From Mycolicibacterium smegmatis (lineage in GTDB: Bacteria > Actinomycetota > Actinomycetes > Mycobacteriales > Mycobacteriaceae), in contig NZ_LN831039.1 of assembly GCF_001457595.1 (NCBI RefSeq), forward strand, positions 150,001 to 182,000: 32,000 bases of DNA. The letters are read 5' to 3'. The notes under the pieces are model-generated. The model was given only the letters and a program-made list of their open reading frames with translations. It searched no databases and was not told the DNA's origin. A program made the position numbers and the translations under genes. This document shows, piece by piece, positions 17,691 to 26,135 of the stretch (its first letter is position 1; each line of letters starts with the position of its first letter).

Positions 17691-17747
17691 CAGTCCGGTG
17701 GTCTCACTTACTACCCGCGAGTAGGGAGACACGGATCACTCGGACTG
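17691..17747 (+). other. Rod-like imperfect hairpin in the fadD5-yrbE1A spacer
   Basis: Four stacked pairings by my hand fold, about 19 bp in total: CAGTCCG (17691-17697) / CGGACTG (17741-17747); GTG (17698-17700) / CAC (17737-17739); GTCTC (17701-17705) / GAGAC (17726-17730); CTAC (17711-17714) / GTAG (17721-17724). Confidence 0.4.
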
Positions 17748-17793
17748 GTTGGCGGCAAGGAGGGGGCGTGGATCACGTCCAGGAAGGGCACCT

Positions 17794-18594
17794 GTGACGG
17801 CGTCTACCGATGGCTTCGTCGATTACCTTCGTGGCCAGTTGGAGAAGCCGCTGGCGACGGTCGGCGGCTTCTTCAAGATGTCGGTGATGACCGGAAAAGC
17901 TCTGTTCACGCGGCCTTTTCAGTGGAAAGAGTTCGTCCTCCAGAGCTGGTTTCTCATCCGCGTGGCCTTCCTGCCGACGCTTGCGGTGTCGATCCCGCTG
18001 ACGGTGCTCATCATCTTCACGCTGAACATCCTGCTGGCGGAGTTCGGTGCGGCTGACGTCTCCGGGGCCGGTGCCGCGCTCGGCGCCGTGACCCAGCTAG
18101 GTCCGCTCGTGACGGTGCTGGTCGTCGCAGGCGCCGGATCCACCGCCATCTGCGCCGATCTCGGCGCCCGCACGGTGCGTGAGGAGATCGACGCACTCGA
18201 GGTCCTCGGCATCGACCCCATCGAACGCCTCGTCGTGCCGCGCGTGGTCGCCTCGACGTTCGTCGCGTTCATGCTCAACGGTGCGGTCATCACAATCGGC
18301 CTGGTCGGTGGATTCTTCTTCGGTGTCTATATCCAGAACGTCTCGGCGGGCGCTTACGTTTCGACGCTGACCCTTCTCACGGGATTCCCCGAGGTGTTGA
18401 TCTCGGTCGTGAAGGCGACGCTGTTCGGGATGATCGCCGGCCTCGTCGGCTGCTACCGCGGGCTCACGGTCGCGGGCGGTTCGAAGGGTGTCGGCACCGC
18501 GGTGAACGAGACCCTCGTGCTATGTGTGGTCGCGTTGTTCGCAGTCAACGTCGTGCTCACCACCATCGGTGTGCGGTTCGGGACAGGGCGCTGA
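17794..18594 (+). CDS. yrbE1A: Mce1 transporter permease YrbE1A (MlaE-like)
   Basis: Polytopic MlaE/YrbE protein (..GPLVTVLVVAGAGSTAICADLGARTVREEIDALEVLGIDP..). I moved the start to GTG 17794 (SD AGGAAGGG at 17781-17788), which gives a 266-aa product. Confidence 0.9.
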   Translation: MTASTDGFVDYLRGQLEKPLATVGGFFKMSVMTGKALFTRPFQWKEFVLQSWFLIRVAFLPTLAVSIPLTVLIIFTLNILLAEFGAADVSGAGAALGAVTQLGPLVTVLVVAGAGSTAICADLGARTVREEIDALEVLGIDPIERLVVPRVVASTFVAFMLNGAVITIGLVGGFFFGVYIQNVSAGAYVSTLTLLTGFPEVLISVVKATLFGMIAGLVGCYRGLTVAGGSKGVGTAVNETLVLCVVALFAVNVVLTTIGVRFGTGR

Positions 18595-18595
18595 T

Positions 18596-19465
18596 ATGAG
18601 TACTGTTCAGGTTCTCCGCTCGCGGTTCCCGCGGGCGTTCTCACGCTCCTCCGAGATCGCGGCCACACCGGCGCGGTTCCTCGACAGCATGGGCCACGTC
18701 GCGTGGTTCGTCGTGCAGGCGATCGTGCATGTGCCCCACGCGTTCCGGCATTACCGCCGCGAATCGTTGCGGCTGGTCGCCGAGATCGGCATGGGCACCG
18801 GCGCGATGGCCGTCATCGGCGGCACCGTCGCGATCATCGGCTTCGTCACGCTGTCCGCGGGTTCGCTGATCGCCATCCAGGGCTTCGCCTCACTCGGCAA
18901 CATCGGTGTCGAGGCGTTCACGGGCTTCTTCGCGGCCCTTGCCAACATCCGCGTCGTCGCACCTGTGGTCACCGGTCAGGCGCTCGCCGCGACCGTCGGG
19001 GCGGGTGCCACCGCCGAACTCGGCGCCATGCGCATCAGCGAAGAGGTCGACGCGCTCGAAGTCATGGGCATCAAGTCGATTTCGTATCTGGTGTCCACGC
19101 GCATCATGGCAGGCGCGATCGTCATCATCCCGCTGTACGCCATGGCGATCCTGCTGTCGTTCATGTCGGCGCAGCTGGTCACCACGATCTTCTACTCGCA
19201 GTCGGTCGGCACGTACGAGCACTACTTCCACACGTTCCTGCGTGTCGACGACGTGATGTGGTCATTCCTCGAAGTCATCATCATGTCGGTGATCGTCATG
19301 TTGAACCATTGCTACTTCGGCTATTTCGCCAGCGGCGGCGCCGTCGGCGTGGGTGAGGCCGTCGGGAGGTCGATGCGTACTTCGTTGATCGCGATCGTGC
19401 TGGTGGTCCTGTTGGCATCGTTGGCGCTCTACGGCACCGACCCGAACTTCAACCTGACGGTGTAG
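18596..19465 (+). CDS. yrbE1B: Mce1 transporter permease YrbE1B (MlaE-like)
   Basis: Paralogue of the previous gene (..ATAELGAMRISEEVDALEVMGI..). ATG 18596 lies 1 nt after the yrbE1A stop. 289 aa. Confidence 0.9.
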   Translation: MSTVQVLRSRFPRAFSRSSEIAATPARFLDSMGHVAWFVVQAIVHVPHAFRHYRRESLRLVAEIGMGTGAMAVIGGTVAIIGFVTLSAGSLIAIQGFASLGNIGVEAFTGFFAALANIRVVAPVVTGQALAATVGAGATAELGAMRISEEVDALEVMGIKSISYLVSTRIMAGAIVIIPLYAMAILLSFMSAQLVTTIFYSQSVGTYEHYFHTFLRVDDVMWSFLEVIIMSVIVMLNHCYFGYFASGGAVGVGEAVGRSMRTSLIAIVLVVLLASLALYGTDPNFNLTV

Positions 19466-19469
19466 CGCC

Positions 19470-20699
19470 ATGACCGAGCCTCCAGCGCCAACCGCTCCGC
19501 TCAACAAGCCGAAGACACCGCCGTACAAGCTGGCCGGGCTCGTCCTCGGGCTTGTCGGCGTGCTCGTTCTCGCGCTCACGTGGATGCAGTTCCGCGGTCA
19601 GTTCGAGGACAAGGTTCAGCTCACGGTCCTGTCGGGCCGTGCCGGCCTGTCGATGGACCCCGGATCGAAGGTCACGTTCAACGGCGTGCCGATCGGCCGC
19701 CTGGCGTCGATCGACGTCGTCGAGGTCGACGACAATCCCGAGGCCAGGCTGACCCTGGACGTCGATCCGAAGTACCTCGACCTGATCCCCGAGAACGCGA
19801 ATGTCGAGTTGCGGGCCACCACGGTGTTCGGCAACAAGTACATCTCGTTCCTGTCGCCAAAGAACCCGTCGGCCGAACGCCTCTCGGCGTCCACACCCAT
19901 CCGGGCGCAGGGCGTGACCACGGAGTTCAACACGCTGTTCGAGACCATCACCGCGATCTCCGAGCAGGTCGACCCGATCAAGCTCAACGAGACCCTGACC
20001 GCTGCCGCACAAGCCCTCGACGGCCTGGGCGACAAGTTCGGCCGCTCGATCGTCGACGGCAACGCGATCCTGGCCGACGTCAATCCCCGTATGCCGCAGA
20101 TCCGTCGCGACATCACGGGTCTGGCGAACCTCGGCGAGGTCTACGCCGACGCGGCCCCGGATCTGTTCGACGGTCTGGACAACGCCGTGACCACCGCACG
20201 CACCCTCAACGAGCAGCGGGGCAACCTCGATCAGGCGCTGGTGGCGGCGGTCGGGTTCGGCAACACCGGCGGCGACATCTTCGAGCGCGGCGGCCCGTAC
20301 CTGGTGCGCGGCGCGCAGGACCTGTTGCCCACGTCGGCGCTGCTCGACGAGTACAGCCCGGCGCTGTTCTGCACCATCCGCAACTACCACGACGCGGCTC
20401 CGAAACTGGCCGGTGCCCTTGGCGGCAACGGCTATTCGCTGCTGACCAACTCGCTGGTGGTCGGTGTCGGCAACCCGTATGTGTACCCGGACAATCTGCC
20501 GCGGGTGAACGCCAAGGGCGGGCCGGAAGGACGGCCCGGCTGCTGGCAGCCCATCACCCGTGACCTGTGGCCATTCCCGTACCTCGTGATGGACACCGGT
20601 GCCTCGATCGCGCCCTACAACCACTTCGAACTCGGGCAGCCGATGTTCGCCGAATACGTGTGGGGCCGCCAAGTGGGGGAGAACACGATCAACCCATGA
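19470..20699 (+). CDS. mce1A: Mce-family substrate-binding protein Mce1A
   Basis: N-terminal TM helix followed by an MCE/MlaD domain (VTFNGVPIGRLASIDVV..., ATTVFGNKYISF) and then a helical region. It is the first of six consecutive mce genes. Confidence 0.9.
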   Translation: MTEPPAPTAPLNKPKTPPYKLAGLVLGLVGVLVLALTWMQFRGQFEDKVQLTVLSGRAGLSMDPGSKVTFNGVPIGRLASIDVVEVDDNPEARLTLDVDPKYLDLIPENANVELRATTVFGNKYISFLSPKNPSAERLSASTPIRAQGVTTEFNTLFETITAISEQVDPIKLNETLTAAAQALDGLGDKFGRSIVDGNAILADVNPRMPQIRRDITGLANLGEVYADAAPDLFDGLDNAVTTARTLNEQRGNLDQALVAAVGFGNTGGDIFERGGPYLVRGAQDLLPTSALLDEYSPALFCTIRNYHDAAPKLAGALGGNGYSLLTNSLVVGVGNPYVYPDNLPRVNAKGGPEGRPGCWQPITRDLWPFPYLVMDTGASIAPYNHFELGQPMFAEYVWGRQVGENTINP

Positions 20700-21727
20700 G
20701 TATCAAAGGCACGCTTTTCAAGCTCGGCATCTTCTCGCTGGTGCTGCTGACGTTCACGGCGCTGATCTTCGTGGTGTTCGGGCAGATCCGGTTCAACCGG
20801 ACCACCGAGTACTCGGCGATCTTCAAGAACGTCAGTGGTCTGCGCGACGGGCAGTTCGTGCGCGCGGCCGGCGTCGAGGTGGGCAAGGTCAAGAGTGTGG
20901 ACCTGATCAACGGCGGCGAGCAGGCCGAGGTCAAGTTCACCGTGGAACGGTCGCTGCCGTTGTTCCAGGAGACCACCGCGGCCATTCGCTACCAGGACCT
21001 CATCGGCAACCGCTACCTCGAGCTCAAACGCGGTGATTCCGACCAGATCCTGCCCCCGGGCAGCACCATCCCGGTCGAACGCACCGAGCCGGCGCTGGAT
21101 CTCGACGCACTCGTCGGCGGTTTCCGCCCGTTGTTCCGGTCGCTGGAACCCGAGAAGGTCAACACGATCGCCACGTCGCTGATCACGATCTTCCAGGGCC
21201 AGGGCGGCACCATCAACGACATCCTCGATCAGACCGCGCAGTTGACCGCGTCGCTCGCCGACCGCGACCAGGCCATCGGTGAGGTCATCAAGAACCTCAA
21301 CACCGTCCTGGACACCACGGTCAGGCATCAGAAGCAGTTCGACGAGACCCTGGTGAACTTCGAGACCCTCATCACCGGCCTGAAGAACCGTGCCGATCCG
21401 ATCGCGACGTCGGTCGCGGACATCAGCGATGCCGCGGGCTCACTGGCAGACCTGTTGTCGGACAACCGGCCTCTGCTGAAGGACACCATCGGCTATCTCG
21501 ATGTCATCCAGGCGCCGCTGGTGGAGCAGAAGCAAGAGGTCAGCGACATCCTGGTGCAGATGCCCCAGGCGCTGAAGATCATCGGCCGCGCCGGTGGCAT
21601 CTACGGTGACTTCTTCAACTTCTACGCCTGCGATCTGACCTTGAAGCTCAACGGCCTTCAGCCGGGCGGGCCCGTGCGCACCGTCAGGATCACCACGCAA
21701 CCGTCGGGTAGGTGCACGCCGAAATGA
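20696..21727 (+). CDS. mce1B: Mce-family protein Mce1B
   Basis: ATG 20696 overlaps the mce1A stop (ATGA). TM helix plus MCE domain (VRAAGVEVGKVKSVDL, IRYQDLIGNRYLEL). Confidence 0.9.
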   Translation: MSIKGTLFKLGIFSLVLLTFTALIFVVFGQIRFNRTTEYSAIFKNVSGLRDGQFVRAAGVEVGKVKSVDLINGGEQAEVKFTVERSLPLFQETTAAIRYQDLIGNRYLELKRGDSDQILPPGSTIPVERTEPALDLDALVGGFRPLFRSLEPEKVNTIATSLITIFQGQGGTINDILDQTAQLTASLADRDQAIGEVIKNLNTVLDTTVRHQKQFDETLVNFETLITGLKNRADPIATSVADISDAAGSLADLLSDNRPLLKDTIGYLDVIQAPLVEQKQEVSDILVQMPQALKIIGRAGGIYGDFFNFYACDLTLKLNGLQPGGPVRTVRITTQPSGRCTPK

Positions 21728-23298
21728 GGACACTGCAGGGTTCCGACCGGTTCCGTAAAGGTCTGATGGGCGTCATCGTCGTGGCGCTCATCATCGGTGT
21801 CGGTTCGACGCTGACCAGCGTTCCGATGCTGTTCGCGGTGCCCACCTACTACGGGCAGTTCGCCGACACCGGCGGCCTGAACATCGGTGACAAGGTGCGT
21901 ATCGCCGGCATGGACGTCGGCAACGTCAAGAGCATGGAGATCGACGGCGACAAGGTCGTGATCGGCTACACCCTCGGCGGCCGCACCATCGGGACCGAGA
22001 GCCGTGCGGCGATCCGCACCGATACGATCCTGGGCCGCAAGAACATCGAGATCGAGCCGCGCGGAAGCGAGACGCTGAAGCCGCGCGGCGTGTTGCCGGT
22101 GGGCCAGACGTCGGCGCCGTACCAGATCTACGACGCGTTCCTGGACGTCACGCGCAACGCCGCGGGCTGGGACACCCAGGCGGTGCGCCAGTCGCTGAAC
22201 GTGTTGTCCGAGACCGTCGATCAGACCTCGCCGCACCTGAGCGCCGCGCTCGACGGCGTGGCCCGGTTCTCCGAGACCATCGGCAAGCGCGACGAGGACG
22301 TCAAGAAACTGCTCGCCAGCGCGAACAAGGTCGCGACGGTGCTCGGTGACCGCAGCACCCAGGTCAACCAGTTGCTGGTGAACGCGCAGACGCTTCTGGC
22401 CGCCGTCAACGAGCGTGGCCGTTCGGTGAGCCTGCTGCTGGAACGGGTTTCGTCGGTGTCGCGTCAGGTCGAGGGTTTCGTCGACGAGAACCCGAACCTC
22501 AACCATGTGCTCGAGCAGCTGCGCACCGTCAGCGACGTGCTCAACGAGCGCAAGCAGGACCTCGCCGACATCCTCACGGTCGCAGGCAAATTCATCACGT
22601 CGCTGGCCGAGGCGCTGGCGTCGGGCCCGTACTTCAAGGTCATGCTGGTGAACCTGATCCCGCCGACCATCCTGCAGCCCTTCGTCGACGCGGCGTTCAA
22701 GAAGCGCGGCATCGACCCGGAAGAGTTCTGGCGCAACGCCGGTCTGCCCGCGTTCCGGTTCCCGGACCCCAACGGCGAGCGTCACGAGAACGGCGCGCCG
22801 CCTGCCGCCCCGACACCGCTGGAGGGCACCCCGGAGCATCCGGGCCCGGCCGTCCCGCCCGGGTCGCCGTGCTCGTACACGCCTCCCGCGGACGGCATTC
22901 CGTCACCGGGCAACCCGCTGCCGTGTGCGCATCTCAGCCAGGGACCGTACGGACCGGTCCCCGGTGGTTACGCACCGCCGAACGTCGCCACCTCGGCACC
23001 CAACCCTGATGGGATCGCCCATTCGCCCGGCGTGCCGAGCGCGGCGATCCCCGGTCAGATGCCCCCGGAGCAGCCGGGTGCGCCGGTCGAGATCGCACCC
23101 GGTCCGCCCGGTGCGCGCACCGTCCCGGTCAGCCCGATCCCCGGGCCGCCGGACTTCACGCCGGGCATCGCGCCCCCGCCGCCGGCCATCACCGGTCCGC
23201 CGCCACCTCCGGGCCCCGGCCCGCAGTTGGCCCCCGTCGGTGAAGCGCCGCTCCCAGGCAATCCGCCGTTCCTTCCGCCGGGTTCGCAGTCGAGATAG
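21724..23298 (+). CDS. mce1C: Mce-family protein Mce1C with a Pro-rich C-terminal tail
   Basis: ATG 21724 overlaps the mce1B stop (ATGA). TM helix plus MCE domain (VRIAGMDVGNVKSMEI, IRTDTILGRKNIEI), followed by a long Pro-rich tail. Confidence 0.9.
   Translation: MRTLQGSDRFRKGLMGVIVVALIIGVGSTLTSVPMLFAVPTYYGQFADTGGLNIGDKVRIAGMDVGNVKSMEIDGDKVVIGYTLGGRTIGTESRAAIRTDTILGRKNIEIEPRGSETLKPRGVLPVGQTSAPYQIYDAFLDVTRNAAGWDTQAVRQSLNVLSETVDQTSPHLSAALDGVARFSETIGKRDEDVKKLLASANKVATVLGDRSTQVNQLLVNAQTLLAAVNERGRSVSLLLERVSSVSRQVEGFVDENPNLNHVLEQLRTVSDVLNERKQDLADILTVAGKFITSLAEALASGPYFKVMLVNLIPPTILQPFVDAAFKKRGIDPEEFWRNAGLPAFRFPDPNGERHENGAPPAAPTPLEGTPEHPGPAVPPGSPCSYTPPADGIPSPGNPLPCAHLSQGPYGPVPGGYAPPNVATSAPNPDGIAHSPGVPSAAIPGQMPPEQPGAPVEIAPGPPGARTVPVSPIPGPPDFTPGIAPPPPAITGPPPPPGPGPQLAPVGEAPLPGNPPFLPPGSQSR
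22792..23295 (+). repeat. Proline-rich low-complexity coding tail of Mce1C
   Basis: By my count 57 of the last 168 residues are Pro (..PGPPDFTPGIAPPPPAITGPPPPPGPGPQLAP..). There is no exact tandem unit. Confidence 0.7.
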
Positions 23299-23316
23299 GC
23301 AGGGAGGCGTCGAGAC

Positions 23317-24960
23317 ATGTCAACGATTTTCAACATCCGGAACATCCAGTTGCCCAGGCTCTCCCGGGCGGCTGTGATCATCGGTGCCCTCGTCGTGGCC
23401 GCCGCGCTGGTGGCCGGCTATTTCGGGATGAACGCCTACCGCAAGCTGACCAACACGACGGTCACCGCGTACTTCCCCGAGGTGCTCGCGCTGTACCCCG
23501 GCGACAAGGTGCTCATCATGGGTGTCCGGGTCGGCTCGATCGATTCGATCGAGACCGCGGGCGACAAGATGAAAGTGGTCTTCCACTTCAACAACAAATA
23601 CAAGGTGCCGGAGAACGCGACGGCCTCGATCCTCAACCCGAGCCTCGTGGCCTCGCGCGTGATCCAGTTGTCCCCGCCCTACACCGGTGGGCCCACCCTG
23701 CGCGACGGTGCGGTGCTCGACGTCGACCGCACGCAGGTCCCGATCGAGTACGGCGAGGTGCGCAACCAGGTCACGCGTCTGCTGGCCGATCTGGGGCCCA
23801 CGCCCGAACAGCCCAAGGGTCCGTTCGGCGACATCATCGAGTCGTTCGCGGACGGATTCGCAGGCAAGGGTGAACAACTCAACCGCACACTGCGGGGTCT
23901 GTCGGATGCGCTGACCGCACTCAACGAGGGACGCGGCGACTTCTTCGCCGTGGTGAAGAGTTTGGCATTGTTCGTCAACGCGCTGCATCGCAGTGATCAG
24001 CAGTTCGTGGCGCTCAACAACGACCTGGCGCAGTTCACCAACTCGTTCACCAACACCGATCAGGAACTCGCGAACGCGCTGCAGGACCTCAACCGGGTGC
24101 TCAAGACCACGCGGGAGTTCCTGGACCGCAACGGCGGTGTGCTGACCCACGACATCGACAACCTGGAGCAGGTCACCACGGCGATCCTGCAGCCCGAGCC
24201 GCGCGACGGTCTCGAGACGGGTCTGCACGCGTACCCGAACCTGGCGGCCAACGTGCTGAACATCAACTCGCCCAACCAGGGCGGCATCATCGGTCTGCCG
24301 GTGCTGCCGGGTGTCACGAACTTCTCGAACCCGCTGCAGTTCGTCTGCAGCTCGATCCAGGCGGGAAGCCGTTTGGGCTACCAGGAATCCGCGGAGCTGT
24401 GCGCGCAGTACCTGGCACCGATCATGGACGCCATCAAGTTCAACTACCTGCCGTTCGGCATGAACCTGGCGAGCACGGCCATGACCCTGCCCAAGCAGAT
24501 CGCCTACTCGGAGAAGCGGCTTCAGCCGCCGCCGGGGTACAAGGACACCACTGTGCCGGGCATCTGGTCGCGTGACACGTTGTTCTCGCACGGCAACCAC
24601 GAGCCGGGCTGGATCGTGGCGCCCGGCATGCAGGGTGTGCAGGTGCAGCCGGCCACGGCCAACATGCTGACCCCCGAGTCGCTCGCCGAGCTGCTCGGTG
24701 GCCCCGACATCGTGCCGCCGCCCGCGCCGCCGGCTTTCGGGACGACGCGCGGTGGCAACCTGCCCGGCCCGCCGAATGCGTTCGACGAGAACAATCCGCT
24801 GCCGCCGCCGTGGTATCCGCAGCCCGGACCGCCCCCGGCTCCGGCACCCGGAGTGATCCCCGGTGATCCGCTGTCGGCCGTCGCACCCGCGGCTCCGGCC
24901 GCGCCCGCGGCACCGGCACCCGCCGGACCGCCACTGCCCGCTGAAGCAGGAGCAGGCTGA
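23317..24960 (+). CDS. mce1D: Mce-family protein Mce1D with a Pro/Ala-rich C-terminal tail
   Basis: TM helix plus MCE domain (VLIMGVRVGSIDSIE, ILNPSLVASRVIQL). An SD-like GGGAGG lies upstream. 547 aa. Confidence 0.9.
   Translation: MSTIFNIRNIQLPRLSRAAVIIGALVVAAALVAGYFGMNAYRKLTNTTVTAYFPEVLALYPGDKVLIMGVRVGSIDSIETAGDKMKVVFHFNNKYKVPENATASILNPSLVASRVIQLSPPYTGGPTLRDGAVLDVDRTQVPIEYGEVRNQVTRLLADLGPTPEQPKGPFGDIIESFADGFAGKGEQLNRTLRGLSDALTALNEGRGDFFAVVKSLALFVNALHRSDQQFVALNNDLAQFTNSFTNTDQELANALQDLNRVLKTTREFLDRNGGVLTHDIDNLEQVTTAILQPEPRDGLETGLHAYPNLAANVLNINSPNQGGIIGLPVLPGVTNFSNPLQFVCSSIQAGSRLGYQESAELCAQYLAPIMDAIKFNYLPFGMNLASTAMTLPKQIAYSEKRLQPPPGYKDTTVPGIWSRDTLFSHGNHEPGWIVAPGMQGVQVQPATANMLTPESLAELLGGPDIVPPPAPPAFGTTRGGNLPGPPNAFDENNPLPPPWYPQPGPPPAPAPGVIPGDPLSAVAPAAPAAPAAPAPAGPPLPAEAGAG
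24715..24957 (+). repeat. Pro/Ala-rich low-complexity coding tail of Mce1D
   Basis: By my count 29 of the last 81 residues are Pro. The tail includes the run APAAPAAPAAPAPAGPPLP. Confidence 0.7.
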
Positions 24961-26132
24961 TGAGGCTGCTGAAGGGTTTCCCCAAGATGCGTAACTGGAC
25001 TCGCGTCGGTCGCCGGACGGCGGCGCTGGCCGCGGTCGCGCTGGTGCTGACCTCGTGCGGTCAGTGGCGCGGTATCGCCAACGTGCCGCTGCCCGGCGGG
25101 CCGGGCACCGAGTCCGGCAGCATGACGCTGTACGTGCAGATGCCGGAGACGTTGGCGCTCAACGCCAACAGCCGCGTGCGGGTGCGCGACGTGTTCGTGG
25201 GCCGTGTCCGCAAGATCGAGCTGATCAACTGGGTGCCGACGCTGACCGTCGACGTCGAACCGGGCATCAAGCTGCCCAAGAACACACTGGCCAAGATCGG
25301 TCAGACCAGCCTCTTGGGTTCGCAGCACGTCGAGCTCAACCCGCCGGAGGATCCGTCATCGGAGTTGTTGCGTGACGGCGACACCATCCCGCTCGCACAG
25401 TCGTCGGCCTACCCGACGATCGAGCGCACCCTGGCGGGCATCTCGGGCATCCTGACCGGTGGCGGTATCCCGAACATCGAGGTCATCCAGACCGAGGTGT
25501 TCAACATCCTCAACGGCCGCGCCGATCAGATCCGCGAATTCCTCAATCAGCTGGACACATTCACCGACGAGCTGAACCAGCAGCGCGAAGAGATCACGCG
25601 CGCAATCGATTCCACGAACCGGTTGCTCAACATCGTGTCGCAGCGCAACGACACGCTGGATCGTGTGCTCACCGAGTTCCCGCCGCTGATCCAGCATTTC
25701 GCGGAGACCCGCGACCTGTTCGCCGACGCGGTGACCGCACTCGGCCGGCTCTCGGCCGCGGCCGACGAGACCCTGTCGGGCAGCAACGCGAACCTGCACA
25801 CCAACCTGCAGAACCTGCAGCGTCCACTCAAGCAGCTCGGCCGTGCCGCTCCGTACCTGGTGGGCGCGCTGAAGCTGATCCTGACGGTGCCGTTCAACAT
25901 CGACAACATCCCGAAGGCGATCCGCGGCGACTACATCAACGTGTCGCTCAAGCTCGACCTGACGCTGAGCTCGGTGGACAACGCGTTCCTGTCCGGAACG
26001 GGTGTGTCGGGCATGCTGCGGGCGCTGGAACAGGCCTGGGGCCGCGACCCGGCGACGATGATCCCGGACGTGCGCTTCACGCCGAACCCGCACGACGCAC
26101 CGGGCGGCCCGCTGGTCGAAAGGGGGGAGTGA
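24960..26132 (+). CDS. mce1E: Mce-family lipoprotein Mce1E (LprK)
   Basis: Signal peptide with lipobox LTSC, the only lipoprotein among the six as in Rv0173. MCE domain (VRVRDVFVGRVRKIEL, IGQTSLLGSQHVEL). The ATG shares one nt with the mce1D stop. Confidence 0.9.
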   Translation: MRLLKGFPKMRNWTRVGRRTAALAAVALVLTSCGQWRGIANVPLPGGPGTESGSMTLYVQMPETLALNANSRVRVRDVFVGRVRKIELINWVPTLTVDVEPGIKLPKNTLAKIGQTSLLGSQHVELNPPEDPSSELLRDGDTIPLAQSSAYPTIERTLAGISGILTGGGIPNIEVIQTEVFNILNGRADQIREFLNQLDTFTDELNQQREEITRAIDSTNRLLNIVSQRNDTLDRVLTEFPPLIQHFAETRDLFADAVTALGRLSAAADETLSGSNANLHTNLQNLQRPLKQLGRAAPYLVGALKLILTVPFNIDNIPKAIRGDYINVSLKLDLTLSSVDNAFLSGTGVSGMLRALEQAWGRDPATMIPDVRFTPNPHDAPGGPLVERGE

Positions 26133-26135
26133 GAG

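Noticed and set aside
17448-17797. ORFs of 94 aa (minus strand) and 89 aa (plus strand) covering the fadD5-yrbE1A spacer
   Set aside because: Both overlap the fadD5 3' end in other frames and have no motif or coding-like features. The region is better explained as a non-coding regulatory or structured spacer.
22792-24957. Pro-rich repetitive DNA considered as a CRISPR-like or VNTR array
   Set aside because: There is no repeat-spacer periodicity and no exact repeat unit. The sequences lie in-frame inside Mce1C and Mce1D as low-complexity tails.
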